From: Bacteroidaceae bacterium | Lineage (GTDB): Bacteria; Bacteroidota; Bacteroidia; Bacteroidales; Bacteroidaceae | Direction of reading: 5' to 3' | NCBI GenBank assembly: GCA_024682035.1 | Contig: JAIKZS010000133.1 | Coordinates: 8,815-72,814, forward strand | DNA: 64,000 nucleotides | Part shown: in pieces, positions 41,976 through 52,250 of the stretch | Layout: every line of letters begins with the position of its first letter | Position numbering within the stretch: position 1 is the first letter of the stretch | Notes under the pieces: generated by a model | The model's input: the letters and a program-made list of their open reading frames with translations, nothing else | Databases searched by the model: none | What the model was told of the DNA's origin: nothing | Program-made: the position numbers and the translations under genes

Positions 41976-42953
41976 TTATCTTGTACGTGTACGGGAAGAA
42001 GAAGTAGAAGTAGTAGTGGAAGTAGTTGAAGTTGTACTACTATCCGAATTACTGCTACTAGTGCTGCGTACACGAGTACGAGAATTTGTGGTCGTCTGCT
42101 GGCTGGTACCAGAAGAATTGCTATTGCTGCGAACCCTTGTACTACTGGTAGTTGAAGCAGGAGTAGAAGAGTTGCTGTTGCTGCGAACCCTTGTACCACT
42201 GGTAGTTGAAGCAGGAGTAGAAGAGTTGCTGTTGCTGCGAACCCTTGTACCACTGGTAGTTGGTGTAGTACCAGCATTCGTGTTTGTACGAACGTTAGTG
42301 CCTCTACGAGTGCGTGTAGCGCTAGAACTGCCATTAGTAGTACTATTAGCGTTCAAATTGGGATTTACACGTATAGCATTTACCTTCCGATTTGCGGTCT
42401 TAGCGTCAGCGCGTACCCTGGTCTCGAATGTAGAATAGCTATCCTTACCTACAATAGACCTAACACTACGGGTATATTCCTTTGCAGCAGCCTCTAAGTC
42501 ACGATCGGTCATGTTCACATTATAGTCAGAACGATAACCTCCATGACCACGTCCATAGTAGTCACCATAGCCTCCACCATAAGGAGGACGGTTAGAACCA
42601 CCATAATATCCAGGTCCTACAGGGCCACGTGGGATGGGAGGTCCAGGATTAAAGGTATAATAGCCAAAGCTATAATTTGGCATGCAGTGGAAGATATAAA
42701 AATACCTTCTGTTCAATTCAAGCAGACGCATTGCGCGAGCCCGATCGAGTGCCATTGCCATCACCATACGATCAGTAATTGCATCAATCACACCGGCCTC
42801 GTATCCGTAACGATATCCATTATTGAAAATGATATATTCCTGACTGTAACCATAAGAATAATCGGCATAACCACCCCCATCATAGGTGTCGTAGGCAGAA
42901 ACGCATCCAGTAAGTGCGAAGCCCATAGCCAATGCAAATAAAATCTTCTTCAT
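41976..42953 (-). CDS. Hypothetical lipoprotein with a Gly/Tyr-rich region and a Ser/Thr/Arg-rich repetitive tail
   Basis: MKK-hydrophobic-LTGC lipobox; 325-aa ORF flanked by terminators. Confidence 0.75.
   Translation of the reverse strand: MKKILFALAMGFALTGCVSAYDTYDGGGYADYSYGYSQEYIIFNNGYRYGYEAGVIDAITDRMVMAMALDRARAMRLLELNRRYFYIFHCMPNYSFGYYTFNPGPPIPRGPVGPGYYGGSNRPPYGGGYGDYYGRGHGGYRSDYNVNMTDRDLEAAAKEYTRSVRSIVGKDSYSTFETRVRADAKTANRKVNAIRVNPNLNANSTTNGSSSATRTRRGTNVRTNTNAGTTPTTSGTRVRSNSNSSTPASTTSGTRVRSNSNSSTPASTTSSTRVRSNSNSSGTSQQTTTNSRTRVRSTSSSNSDSSTTSTTSTTTSTSSSRTRTR
42111..42262 (-). repeat. 54-bp coding tandem repeat (about 2.8 copies; TRVRSNSNSSTPASTTSG)
   Basis: gcgaacccttgtac recurs at 42129, 42183 and 42237. 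Confidence 0.9.
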
Positions 42954-43019
42954 ATCAATGCCCTTTCCTTACTTTAAATGGTTATTCTTTTATTATAGAA
43001 TGGGGAAAATACAAAAATA

Positions 43020-43050
43020 CTGCGCAAGAATTTCAACAATCCTCGCGCAG
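43020..43050 (-). terminator. Terminator of pta-ackA
   Basis: Minus strand reads CTGCGCGAGGATT-gttga-AATTCTTGCGCAG followed by TATTTTT. Confidence 0.7.
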
Positions 43051-43067
43051 CATATATAGATTATCAC

Positions 43068-44270
43068 TTAGGCCTTGACAATATTCATAGTGTCCTGAGC
43101 AATCATCAGCTCCTCATCAGTAGCCAAGATTACCACTTTCACTTTAGAGTCTGGAGTAGAAATAATGCCTTCTTTTCCTCTTACAGTAGCAGCATTAAGA
43201 GCAGGATCAAGTTCTATACCCAAAAATTCCATACCCTCAAGAGCGTTGGCACGCATACTTGCCTGATTCTCGCCCACACCTCCTGTGAATACGATTACAT
43301 CAACACCTCCTAAAGCAGCTGCATAAGCACCAATGTATTTCTTAATACGATAGTTGTACATCTTGTCAGCAAGAATAGCACGAGGATTGCCCTCTTTCTG
43401 TGCCACCTCAAGTTCACGCATATCGCTAGAAACACCTGTAATACCCATCATACCACTCTTTTTATTCAGGATATCACTCATCTGTGCTGCATTAACGCCC
43501 AGCTTGTTTTCCAGGAATGTCACTACACCACCATCGATATCACCACTTCGAGTACCCATAATCAGTCCTTCCAGCGGTGTAAGACCCATAGAAGTATCTA
43601 TTACCTTACCATCTTTAATAGCAGCAATAGATGCCCCATTACCAATATGACAAGTAATGAGTTTCAAGCCTTCCTTTTTCACACCCAGGAAATCGCAAAC
43701 ATACTGAGTAATGAAACGATGTGAAGTTCCATGGAAGCCATAGCGACGTATTTTATACTTCTGGTAAAACTCATAAGGTAATGCATACATATAAGCATAG
43801 TCAGGCATCGTCTGATGGAAAGCAGTATCAAACACACCTATCTGAGGCACGTTAGGCAAGATGGCCTTGACAGCATTCACACCTTTCAAGTTTGCAGGAT
43901 TATGAAGAGGAGCCAAATCATTGCAAGCCTCAAATTCTTTCAACACTTCAGGAGTAAGCAATACCGATTCAGTGAAACGCTCACCTCCATGCACCATACG
44001 GTGACCTACAGCATCAATTTCATCATAGCTCTTGATTGCTCCATATTGAGGATCAATCAAAGTCTGGAGAATCAATTCCACACCCACTGTATGTTCTGGA
44101 ATGTCTTTATGTATAATCTTCTTCTCACCGTCTGGTAATGCAAACTTCAGGAATGAGTCAGCCAAGCCTATTTTCTCGATACCGCCAGAAGCAATAACGG
44201 ATTTATCATTCATGTCAAACAATTTATACTTGATTGACGAACTACCACAATTTAATACAAGAATTTTCAT
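43068..44270 (-). CDS. ackA: Acetate kinase
   Basis: LNCGSSSIK, GHRMVHGG, APLHNP, FDTAFH and RRYGFHGTSH motifs. Confidence 0.97.
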   Translation of the reverse strand: MKILVLNCGSSSIKYKLFDMNDKSVIASGGIEKIGLADSFLKFALPDGEKKIIHKDIPEHTVGVELILQTLIDPQYGAIKSYDEIDAVGHRMVHGGERFTESVLLTPEVLKEFEACNDLAPLHNPANLKGVNAVKAILPNVPQIGVFDTAFHQTMPDYAYMYALPYEFYQKYKIRRYGFHGTSHRFITQYVCDFLGVKKEGLKLITCHIGNGASIAAIKDGKVIDTSMGLTPLEGLIMGTRSGDIDGGVVTFLENKLGVNAAQMSDILNKKSGMMGITGVSSDMRELEVAQKEGNPRAILADKMYNYRIKKYIGAYAAALGGVDVIVFTGGVGENQASMRANALEGMEFLGIELDPALNAATVRGKEGIISTPDSKVKVVILATDEELMIAQDTMNIVKA

Positions 44271-44287
44271 TGATATAGGTTTTTTAA

Positions 44288-45301
44288 TTATTTCTTAGCA
44301 GCTTGAGCCTGACAAGCTGTAATGGCAATCATATAGTAAACATCGTCTATAGAACATCCACGACTCAAGTCATTAACAGGACGTGCAATTCCCTGCAGAA
44401 TAGGACCAATAGCCAAGGCATCACCTAAACGCTGTACCAGTTTATAAGCAATGTTACCTACTTCCAAGTTAGGGAATACCAACACATTGGCATTACCTGC
44501 TATTTCACTACCAGGAGCTTTCTTCTTTCCAACTGATGGCACCAAAGCTGCATCAGCTTGCAGCTCACCATCAATCTTAAGATCTGGAGCCATTTCCTTT
44601 GCCAACTTAGTTGCCTCAAGCACCTTGTCAATCACTTCATGTGAAGCAGAACCCTTGGTAGAGAAGCTTAACATAGCCACTCTTGGATCAGTAAAACCAC
44701 CTACTGCACGGGCAGTATCAGCAGTACATACAGCAATTTGCGCTAACTGATTAGCATCGGGCATTGGTGTTACAGCTACGTCGCCCACCACCAATACACC
44801 ATTTTCACCATATTGTGGCTGTTTAGTAATCATAAGCATAGCACCACTTACACATGTGATACCTGGGGAACATTTAATAATTTGCAAAGCTGGACGCAAA
44901 GTTTCACCAGTAGTACTTAGCGCACCTGATATTTGGCCATCAGCATCGCCTGTTTTAATAATCATGCAACCCAGATAAAGAGGATTCTTCACTAATTCGC
45001 GAGCTTGCTCAATGGTCATACCCTTTTTCTTGCGAAGTTCAGCCAATAAAGCAGCATATTCTTCAGCCTTAGGATTGTTCAAAGGGTCAATCAAAGTTGC
45101 CTTATCAATGTTCTTCAAACCAAATTCATCAGCCATACGATGAATTTCTTTAACATCACCTATTAAAATGATGTCGGCAATATTGTCACCTAAAGCACGA
45201 TCGGCAGCCTTTAGGGTGCGTTCTTCAGTTGCTTCAGGAAGCACAATGCGCTGGCGATCTGCCTTAGCGCGATCAATAATACCTTGGATTAATATACTCA
45301 T
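44288..45301 (-). CDS. pta: Phosphate acetyltransferase
   Basis: IVLPE, AMLSFSTKGS, DGELQADAA and PVNDLSRG motifs; adjacent to ackA. Confidence 0.97.
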   Translation of the reverse strand: MSILIQGIIDRAKADRQRIVLPEATEERTLKAADRALGDNIADIILIGDVKEIHRMADEFGLKNIDKATLIDPLNNPKAEEYAALLAELRKKKGMTIEQARELVKNPLYLGCMIIKTGDADGQISGALSTTGETLRPALQIIKCSPGITCVSGAMLMITKQPQYGENGVLVVGDVAVTPMPDANQLAQIAVCTADTARAVGGFTDPRVAMLSFSTKGSASHEVIDKVLEATKLAKEMAPDLKIDGELQADAALVPSVGKKKAPGSEIAGNANVLVFPNLEVGNIAYKLVQRLGDALAIGPILQGIARPVNDLSRGCSIDDVYYMIAITACQAQAAKK

Positions 45302-45434
45302 AGATTTTTCTAATTATGTTAATTGTTTAGCTGCAAATATAATGAATTTTATGCAATCCACCTTGCAAAATTACCATGATTTCTTACCTATATGCAGATT
45401 GTTGAATATTTTAACAAATAATGGCCTCCTAGGT

Positions 45435-45463
45435 AAAAAAAAGGGCGACTTATAGGGTCGCCC
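45435..45463 (-). terminator. Terminator of the HU-family gene
   Basis: Minus strand reads GGGCGACC-ctata-AGTCGCCC followed by a T run. Confidence 0.8.
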
Positions 45464-45485
45464 GCAGCAAATATTTAATATCTAC

Positions 45486-45767
45486 TTAATCATTATTATT
45501 AAGTTGGTCAAGCACATTCGCACTAACTTTAAACTTAATAGTCAACCGTTCTGGAATATCATGATACTCTCCATTACGAGGATCACGACCTGGACGTCTT
45601 GGTTGATGGTGAGGGATAAATTTTCCAAAATACTGTAATTTTACTTCTTCTCCATCACACATCTTTTCTATTACTAGCTTGTTGTATTCATCTACAAAAG
45701 CTTTTGCTGCTGTGTCGGTGATTTGTAATCGACGTGCTAATTCTTTTACAAAATTAAATTTATTCAT
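45486..45767 (-). CDS. HU/IHF-family DNA-binding protein (divergent paralog)
   Basis: MNK..., GEEVKLQYFGKF, RPGRDPRNGE...IPE...KFK. Confidence 0.88.
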   Translation of the reverse strand: MNKFNFVKELARRLQITDTAAKAFVDEYNKLVIEKMCDGEEVKLQYFGKFIPHHQPRRPGRDPRNGEYHDIPERLTIKFKVSANVLDQLNNND

Positions 45768-46002
45768 ATTCTTGATCAGTTGTTAATTCTCTCGAAAGTC
45801 TTATTTTCAAATATTGATACAAATATACGCTATATATACTTTTAAAATTCTAAAAAAATGTCAAAAAGTTTCAACAAATCAAAATTTAGCGTATAGATCT
45901 ATGCTATTTTAATAAATAGGTAATATTTATTGGAATAAAATTGTTAATAAAAGAACAATTTCCCTTATCTTTGTATCACTTCAATAAAAATAATGATATT
46001 CT

Positions 46003-47409
46003 ATGAAAAAGCTATTTGTTACTATTTTGCTGGTAATGGCAGTTTGCCAAATAAACGCACAGCAAGCTAAGTATGTATTCTATTTTATAGGCGATGGCAT
46101 GGGCTTAAACCAAGTGAATACAACCGAAATGTACCTGGGTGAGATGGAGGGTCGCATCGGTATTAAAAATTTATTATTCCCATCTTTTACTGTGGCAAGT
46201 TATGCCAACTCACATTCTGCTTCTAATTCTATCACAGACTCCGCTGCTGGTGGTACAGCCCTTGCAACTGGTACAAAAACTTACAACAGCGCTATGGGTG
46301 TAGATACCGACAAGAATCCAGTGGAATCATTAGCAGAAAAGGCAAAGAAAGCCGGCAAGCGTGTAGGTATAACAACTTCCGTAAGTATAGACCATGCTAC
46401 ACCAGGTTCATTTTACGCACATGAGCCAAGCAGAAGCTGGTACTACGAGATTGCAAATTGGTTGCCAAAGTCAAATTTTGATTTCTTTGCAGGAAGTGGT
46501 TTCTTGAAACCAGAAAAGACCCATGATGGTAAAGATGCTCCAAGCATTTTCCCCAAGTTTGAACAGGCTGGTTACACAATGGCACGTGGCGTAAACGAGT
46601 ATAAAGCAAAGCGTGATGGTGCTAAAAAAATGATCCTGATGGAGAAAGCAGATGCCGATCAAGCCAGTCTGCGCTATGCCATCGACCGTAAATCTGGCGA
46701 TTTAACATTGTCAGAAATTACTGAAAGTGCCATAGACTTTTTGATGAAAGAAAATGCCAAGAAAGGATTTTTCCTGATGGTTGAAGGAGGTAAAATAGAC
46801 TGGGCTTGTCACGCAAATGATGCAGCTTCAATGATAAGCGAACTCGAGGATATGGACAATGCTATCAAGGTGGCATATGAATTTTTAAAGAAACACCCCA
46901 AAGAAACTTTGATCGTTGTTACAGCCGATCATGAAACAGGTGGTTTGTCGATAGGTCGTCAGAGTGGTGGTTACACCCTGAATTTGAAAGCCTTGTCACA
47001 CCAAAAGCAATCAATCGACGTTCTGTCAAGATATATAACCGACCTTCGCAAGCAGAACAAAGTGACTTGGGAAGATGCCAAAGCACTGTTGGCCGACAAG
47101 ATGGGCTTCTGGAAGGAACTGACCATCACCTGGGAACAGGAAAAGCAGTTACGTGATTGCTTCGAAGAAACTTTCACCAAGAACAAAGTTAAATTTGATG
47201 AGAATCTGTATTCTCGCACCGAACAACTTGCGACTGTTGCCAAAAATGTAATGGCAGAGCAAGCCCATCTAATTTGGGGCACAGGCAGTCACTCTGCAGC
47301 CTACGTTCCTGTATATGCCGTAGGAGCAGGAAGCAAGGAATTTATTGGTAAAATGGATAATACCGAAATCTCTCGCAAAATTGCCAAAGCTGCAGGCATT
47401 AAGTGGTAA
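46003..47409 (+). CDS. Alkaline phosphatase
   Basis: FIGDGMG, TDSAA (catalytic Ser), HATP, VEGGKIDWACH and TADHETGG motifs; signal peptide. Confidence 0.95.
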   Translation: MKKLFVTILLVMAVCQINAQQAKYVFYFIGDGMGLNQVNTTEMYLGEMEGRIGIKNLLFPSFTVASYANSHSASNSITDSAAGGTALATGTKTYNSAMGVDTDKNPVESLAEKAKKAGKRVGITTSVSIDHATPGSFYAHEPSRSWYYEIANWLPKSNFDFFAGSGFLKPEKTHDGKDAPSIFPKFEQAGYTMARGVNEYKAKRDGAKKMILMEKADADQASLRYAIDRKSGDLTLSEITESAIDFLMKENAKKGFFLMVEGGKIDWACHANDAASMISELEDMDNAIKVAYEFLKKHPKETLIVVTADHETGGLSIGRQSGGYTLNLKALSHQKQSIDVLSRYITDLRKQNKVTWEDAKALLADKMGFWKELTITWEQEKQLRDCFEETFTKNKVKFDENLYSRTEQLATVAKNVMAEQAHLIWGTGSHSAAYVPVYAVGAGSKEFIGKMDNTEISRKIAKAAGIKW

Positions 47410-47425
47410 TCGTCAAAAAAATATA

Positions 47426-47455
47426 TCCCTGCCTTATGGGCAGGGAACTTTTTTT
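47426..47455. terminator. Bidirectional terminator
   Basis: TCCCTGCC-ttatg-GGCAGGGA with A and T runs on either side, between convergent genes. Confidence 0.8.
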
Positions 47456-48524
47456 ACAATACAGGAAGAATATGCTCCCAAATCAGATTGATTTCGCCTT
47501 GCATATCCTGAATATTTGCAGTAGTAGCAATAACGGCATCCTTCTCTGGAATCACAATAATATATTGACCATTAGCACCATCTGCGCGGAAAGCATTGTG
47601 ACGACAACGCCACATCTGATAGCCATACCCCTGCAGCCAGTCGCTGTTCTCCTTAGTCAAACCCATTGCTGCTGCATCCTGGGGCTTAACACCAGCAGGA
47701 ACACAAGGCACCTGCGCTTTCTGCATTTCTGCTACATAATCAGCTGGCAACACTTGTTTACCATTCCATTTACCACCTTGGAGTATGAGTTGTCCCATTT
47801 TAGCAAGATCTTCAGTCTTAAGATAAAGACCCCAACCACCAGTATTAATGCCTTGAGGACTTTCTTGCCATTCCGGTTTGTCAATATTCAGCGGTTCAAA
47901 CAAACGAGGATATAAATAATCAACTACTTTTTCACCGGTTACTTGCTGAACTATAGCAGAAAGCATATAAGTACCCAGACTATTATAGCAATAGAATGTG
48001 CCAGGCTGATGTTCTACAGGATATGCCAAGAAAGCAGTAACCCACTCCTCGCCATCGGTATTACGAACAATACGAGTTGGATCAGTGTCATGTCCACAAT
48101 TCATGGTTAACAAATCGCGGATGGTAATCGCTTTCAGATTATCACTTTGTTCAGCAGGCAATTTATCAGGGAAGAAACTCACCAACTTATCAGTCAACTT
48201 TATTTTACCTTCAGCTATGGCCAATCCCACTGCAGCAGACGTAAAGGTCTTACTCACAGAATTAAGTATATGAGGTTTATTTTGTTCGCCCTCACTGAGC
48301 CAACGTTGGTAAATTACATTACCATGTTGCACCACCATAATGCTGTGTAAATCTTGCTGTGCAGCTTCTACTCCCTTGAAATAATTATCCATAGCTGTCG
48401 CTACAGCAGCTGGAGTCTCAACGCGTGGCAGGTCTTTAATTTCAACAGCCTCCTGCTTATTGCTGTTCTTGCATGCTGACATCGTCATTAACAGCATGAA
48501 TGCAAAAAGAAGTGTTTTTTTCAT
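47454..48524 (-). CDS. Beta-lactamase-fold serine hydrolase lipoprotein (class C/NylB-like)
   Basis: Lipobox MSAC, SVSK (SxxK), LLTM, YNS (YxN-like) and GYGYQMW motifs. Confidence 0.85.
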   Translation of the reverse strand: MKKTLLFAFMLLMTMSACKNSNKQEAVEIKDLPRVETPAAVATAMDNYFKGVEAAQQDLHSIMVVQHGNVIYQRWLSEGEQNKPHILNSVSKTFTSAAVGLAIAEGKIKLTDKLVSFFPDKLPAEQSDNLKAITIRDLLTMNCGHDTDPTRIVRNTDGEEWVTAFLAYPVEHQPGTFYCYNSLGTYMLSAIVQQVTGEKVVDYLYPRLFEPLNIDKPEWQESPQGINTGGWGLYLKTEDLAKMGQLILQGGKWNGKQVLPADYVAEMQKAQVPCVPAGVKPQDAAAMGLTKENSDWLQGYGYQMWRCRHNAFRADGANGQYIIVIPEKDAVIATTANIQDMQGEINLIWEHILPVL

Positions 48525-48632
48525 TGCTATTAGTTTTTAAAGGTTTGTTATACCACAAAATTATAACTTTGTTTGCAATTCTCAATAAAAATCACGAAAA
48601 TTGCACATTATTTCTATATAAAGACTTTCCGT

Positions 48633-50294
48633 ATGAAAATAAAACACCTCTTTTTATCAATGCTGGCACTTGCTGCCATACTAGTTTCAACCCCTATCAA
48701 GGCTTGTACTAACTTAATTGTAGGCAAGGCTGCATCTGTTGATGGTTCAGTTATTTGTACATATAATTGCGATGGTTACGGCTTTGCAGGATCCATGTAC
48801 AGAACCCCTGGTGGCAGGCATGAACCTGGAGAGAAAATTGCTATACGCGGATGGGGTAATAATGGAAATGTAAAAGGCTACATCGACCAAGTAGCATACA
48901 CCTATGATGTCATTGGCTATATCAATGAAAAGCAAGTGAGCATAGTCGAAACGACTTTTGATGGTCGTTTAGAGCTACAGAATCCTGAAGGTTTACTGAA
49001 TTATGACACAATGATTCATCTTGGTTTGGAGCGTGCGGCTACGGCTCGCGATGCCATTATCATCATGACCGATCTCTTACAAGAATATGGTTATAGCAGT
49101 ACAGGTGAAACCATTACCGTGTGTGACAAGAATGAAGCATGGATTTTAGAAATCATGGGAAAAGGCCCAGGGAATAAAGGAGCCGTTTGGGTAGCTATAC
49201 GCATTCCTGACGACTGCATTTGTGCCCATGCTAATATTTCACGCATCCGTCAGTTCCCATTAAAAGACCCAAAGAATTGTCTTTATTCAAAAGATGTTAT
49301 TTCATTTGCTCGTGAAAAAGGCTATTTTTCAGGGAAAGATGAAGATTTTAGCTTCCGCGATGCTTATTGCCCATTGACATTTGAGAATGTGCGCTATGCC
49401 GATGCCCGTGTGTGGAGTTTCTTCCGTCATCATGTGGCTGATGTAGCCGAAATGGACAAATACCTGCCCTACATCAATGGTCAGTTTGACGTATGCGACC
49501 ATCTTCCTCTTTACATCAAACCTGCCAAGAAAGTTTCCGTTCGTGACATCATGAACGACATGCGTGATCATTTTGAGGGAACTCCTCTTGATATGACAGC
49601 TGATATGAGTGCTGGTCCTTGGAGCTCTCCCTATCGTCCATTGCCTATGAACTGGGAAGTGAATGGAAAGAAATATTTCCGTGAACGTGCCATTGGTACC
49701 CCACAATCAGGTTTTACTTTGGTGTCACAGTTACGAGGATGGTTGCCAGACGAAGTGGGTGGCATTATGTACTTCAATTGTGACGATGCCAACATGATAG
49801 CCTATGTACCAGTTTATTGTGGCGTACAAGAAGTACCAGAAGCATTCCGTAGAGAAAACAATCTGAGCAATGAATACAGTGACAAGAGCGCTTTTTGGGT
49901 AAACAATGTGGTTGCCAATATGATTTATCCTCGATATAGTGTGATGATTGGCGACCTGCGTGATGCGCAAAAAGAATTGGAAGATTTCTATGCAGCAGAC
50001 CAAGAGCAAGTGCTAAAAGATGTAGAGAACCTTACCAAACGTGATAAGGTTGCCTATCTCACTAACAAGACAGCAGCTTATACCAAGCAAATGATGGAAC
50101 GATGGGACAAGCTCTTCCGTCTGATTGCAGTAAAACATAACGATCAAATTGTTAAACCATCAGAGAATGGAGTGGTGATTCAAGGTCAGCGTGCGACCCC
50201 AGGATACGACCAGCAGTTCCGTGAAGCGATTAGCAAAAGTACTGGTGACCGTTATGTAATGCCTGAGAATGCACAGGATATTAAGTCACTGTAA
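48633..50294 (+). CDS. C69 family dipeptidase (Ntn hydrolase)
   Basis: Signal peptide ending IKA|CTNLIVG (N-terminal Cys); INEKQVSI.ETTF; start at ATG 48633. Confidence 0.88.
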   Translation: MKIKHLFLSMLALAAILVSTPIKACTNLIVGKAASVDGSVICTYNCDGYGFAGSMYRTPGGRHEPGEKIAIRGWGNNGNVKGYIDQVAYTYDVIGYINEKQVSIVETTFDGRLELQNPEGLLNYDTMIHLGLERAATARDAIIIMTDLLQEYGYSSTGETITVCDKNEAWILEIMGKGPGNKGAVWVAIRIPDDCICAHANISRIRQFPLKDPKNCLYSKDVISFAREKGYFSGKDEDFSFRDAYCPLTFENVRYADARVWSFFRHHVADVAEMDKYLPYINGQFDVCDHLPLYIKPAKKVSVRDIMNDMRDHFEGTPLDMTADMSAGPWSSPYRPLPMNWEVNGKKYFRERAIGTPQSGFTLVSQLRGWLPDEVGGIMYFNCDDANMIAYVPVYCGVQEVPEAFRRENNLSNEYSDKSAFWVNNVVANMIYPRYSVMIGDLRDAQKELEDFYAADQEQVLKDVENLTKRDKVAYLTNKTAAYTKQMMERWDKLFRLIAVKHNDQIVKPSENGVVIQGQRATPGYDQQFREAISKSTGDRYVMPENAQDIKSL

Positions 50295-50304
50295 AACAAG
50301 AAGA

Positions 50305-51312
50305 ATGAGTAATATTCTGGTAACAGGAGCAAGCGGGTTTATCGGCAGTTTTATTGTGGAGGAAGCTATAAAAAAAGGTTTCTCCACATGGGCTGGCGTA
50401 CGAAAAAGTAGTAGCAAGGAGTACTTGCAAGACCCTTCTATGCACTTTATTGATCTCGACTATGCTCACCCTGTCGTGCTACAGCAACAATTAGTGGAAC
50501 ATGCAAACAGTAATGGTGCCTTCACTTATGTTGTGCATTGTGCTGGTGTAACCAAATGTGCCGATAAGCGCGATTTCGACAAAGTAAACTATCAGCAGAC
50601 CAAAAACCTAATTGATGCCCTAATAGCGACAGGGCAGACACCTAAGTTGTTTGTATTCATCAGTACCCTGAGCGTTTTTGGTCCTATACATGAAAACAAC
50701 TATCAACCCATAACAGAACACGACCAGCCTCAACCAAACACCGCTTACGGCAAGAGTAAACTCAAGGCAGAGCAGTACCTGCAGGGACTCACCAATTTTC
50801 CCTATCTTATTCTTCGTCCTACAGGCGTATATGGACCTCGTGAAAAAGATTACTTCCTTATGGCAAAGTCTATATTGCAACACATTGATTTTTCTGTAGG
50901 ATATAAGCGCCAAGACATTACTTTTGTGTATGTCAAAGATATTGTTCAAGCCATTTTCTTAGGCATAGAAAAAGGAGTGAGCAATAGGGCTTTCTTTCTC
51001 AGCGACGGAAAAGTTTATCAAAGTCGCACCTTCTCCAACCTAATAATTAGAGAATTGAAAGCAACCAAAGTACTTCGCATCTGCGCCCCACTATGGGTGT
51101 TAAAAATAGTATCAGTGATCGCTGAAAAATGGGCAAAGCTGCGCCATACCAGCAGTACACTCAATACTGATAAATATCGTATTATGAAACAACGCAACTG
51201 GCGTTGTGACATCACTCCCGCCATCAACGAATTGGGCTATAATCCACAATATCAATTGGACAAAGGGGTAAAAGAAACCATTGCATGGTACAAGGAGGCA
51301 GGATGGCTTTAG
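50305..51312 (+). CDS. NAD(P)-dependent epimerase/dehydratase (extended SDR)
   Basis: TGASGFIG, HCAG, YGKSK (YxxxK) and RPTGVYGP motifs; start at ATG 50305. Confidence 0.9.
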   Translation: MSNILVTGASGFIGSFIVEEAIKKGFSTWAGVRKSSSKEYLQDPSMHFIDLDYAHPVVLQQQLVEHANSNGAFTYVVHCAGVTKCADKRDFDKVNYQQTKNLIDALIATGQTPKLFVFISTLSVFGPIHENNYQPITEHDQPQPNTAYGKSKLKAEQYLQGLTNFPYLILRPTGVYGPREKDYFLMAKSILQHIDFSVGYKRQDITFVYVKDIVQAIFLGIEKGVSNRAFFLSDGKVYQSRTFSNLIIRELKATKVLRICAPLWVLKIVSVIAEKWAKLRHTSSTLNTDKYRIMKQRNWRCDITPAINELGYNPQYQLDKGVKETIAWYKEAGWL

Positions 51313-52250
51313 ATTGGTTAAAAAGAATTGGTCCCAGCAAAGGGGAATTTTTAATTGAGAAAGCATCCCTCATTTATACGGGATTGACCTCAATAGCCAT
51401 CGTGTTACTTTACGGGCAGATGGACCATCCACTGCAGATGTTGTTGGAAAGGCTCATCATTGTGTTAGCCACCTTTGCATTTGTATTTATCTATAAGAAA
51501 TATCCATGTAAGGCAACCGCTTTCTTGCGCATAGGTTTTCAGTTGTCGTTGCTTAGCTATTGGTACCCTGACACCTACGAGTTCAACCGTTTGCTACCCA
51601 ATCTTGATCACATCTTTGCGCAAGCAGAACAAACTATTTTTGGAAGTCAACCAGCATTTTGGTTCCAAAGAGACTATCCCCAGTTATGGATAAGCGAACC
51701 TCTTAACATGGGCTATTTCGGTTATTATCCGCTGATAGCAGCCATCGTTTGCTGGCACTTTATCAAGCGTTTCGATTTATTCGAAAAAATCTCATTCGTA
51801 TTAATCACCGCATTTTTCCTCTACTATATTATTTATATGGTATTGCCTGTAGCAGGCCCCCAGTTCTATTTTCCTGCCATTGGCGAAGAAAATGTTTTGG
51901 CAGGGGTATTCCCAGCATTGGGTGATTATTTCAACATTCACTCAGAACTATTGCCAGGGGCAGAACACGGAGAAGGATTCTTTTACAGTTTAGTAGAAGG
52001 TTCCCAAGCCATAGGTGAAAGACCCACTGCCGCTTTCCCAAGTTCACATGTGGGCATCTCCACCATTATTATGTTGATGGGATGGCGTAGTAATAAACGA
52101 TTGGCCCTTTATATGCTGCCTTTCTATCTTCTGCTTTGTACAGCTACCGTATATATCCAGGCACACTACCTGATAGATGTTTTTGCAGGTTGGATTTCAG
52201 GCTATTTACTATATGTATTTACTTGTTGGTTATTCAGGAAACTGAGTTAA
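51303..52250 (+). CDS. PAP2-superfamily membrane protein (AUR1/inositol-phosphoceramide-synthase-like)
   Basis: Multiple TM helices; PVAGP, AAFPSSH and TVYIQAHYLIDV motifs. Confidence 0.8.
   Translation: MALDWLKRIGPSKGEFLIEKASLIYTGLTSIAIVLLYGQMDHPLQMLLERLIIVLATFAFVFIYKKYPCKATAFLRIGFQLSLLSYWYPDTYEFNRLLPNLDHIFAQAEQTIFGSQPAFWFQRDYPQLWISEPLNMGYFGYYPLIAAIVCWHFIKRFDLFEKISFVLITAFFLYYIIYMVLPVAGPQFYFPAIGEENVLAGVFPALGDYFNIHSELLPGAEHGEGFFYSLVEGSQAIGERPTAAFPSSHVGISTIIMLMGWRSNKRLALYMLPFYLLLCTATVYIQAHYLIDVFAGWISGYLLYVFTCWLFRKLS

Noticed and set aside
41951-42438. Repetitive alternative-frame ORFs (127 aa and 140 aa)
   Set aside because: They are shadows of the 54-bp repeat in the lipoprotein gene.
47454-48524. 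Beta-lactam resistance gene
   Set aside because: The motifs fit the broad serine hydrolase/esterase group and lack a KTG triad. Resistance cannot be inferred.
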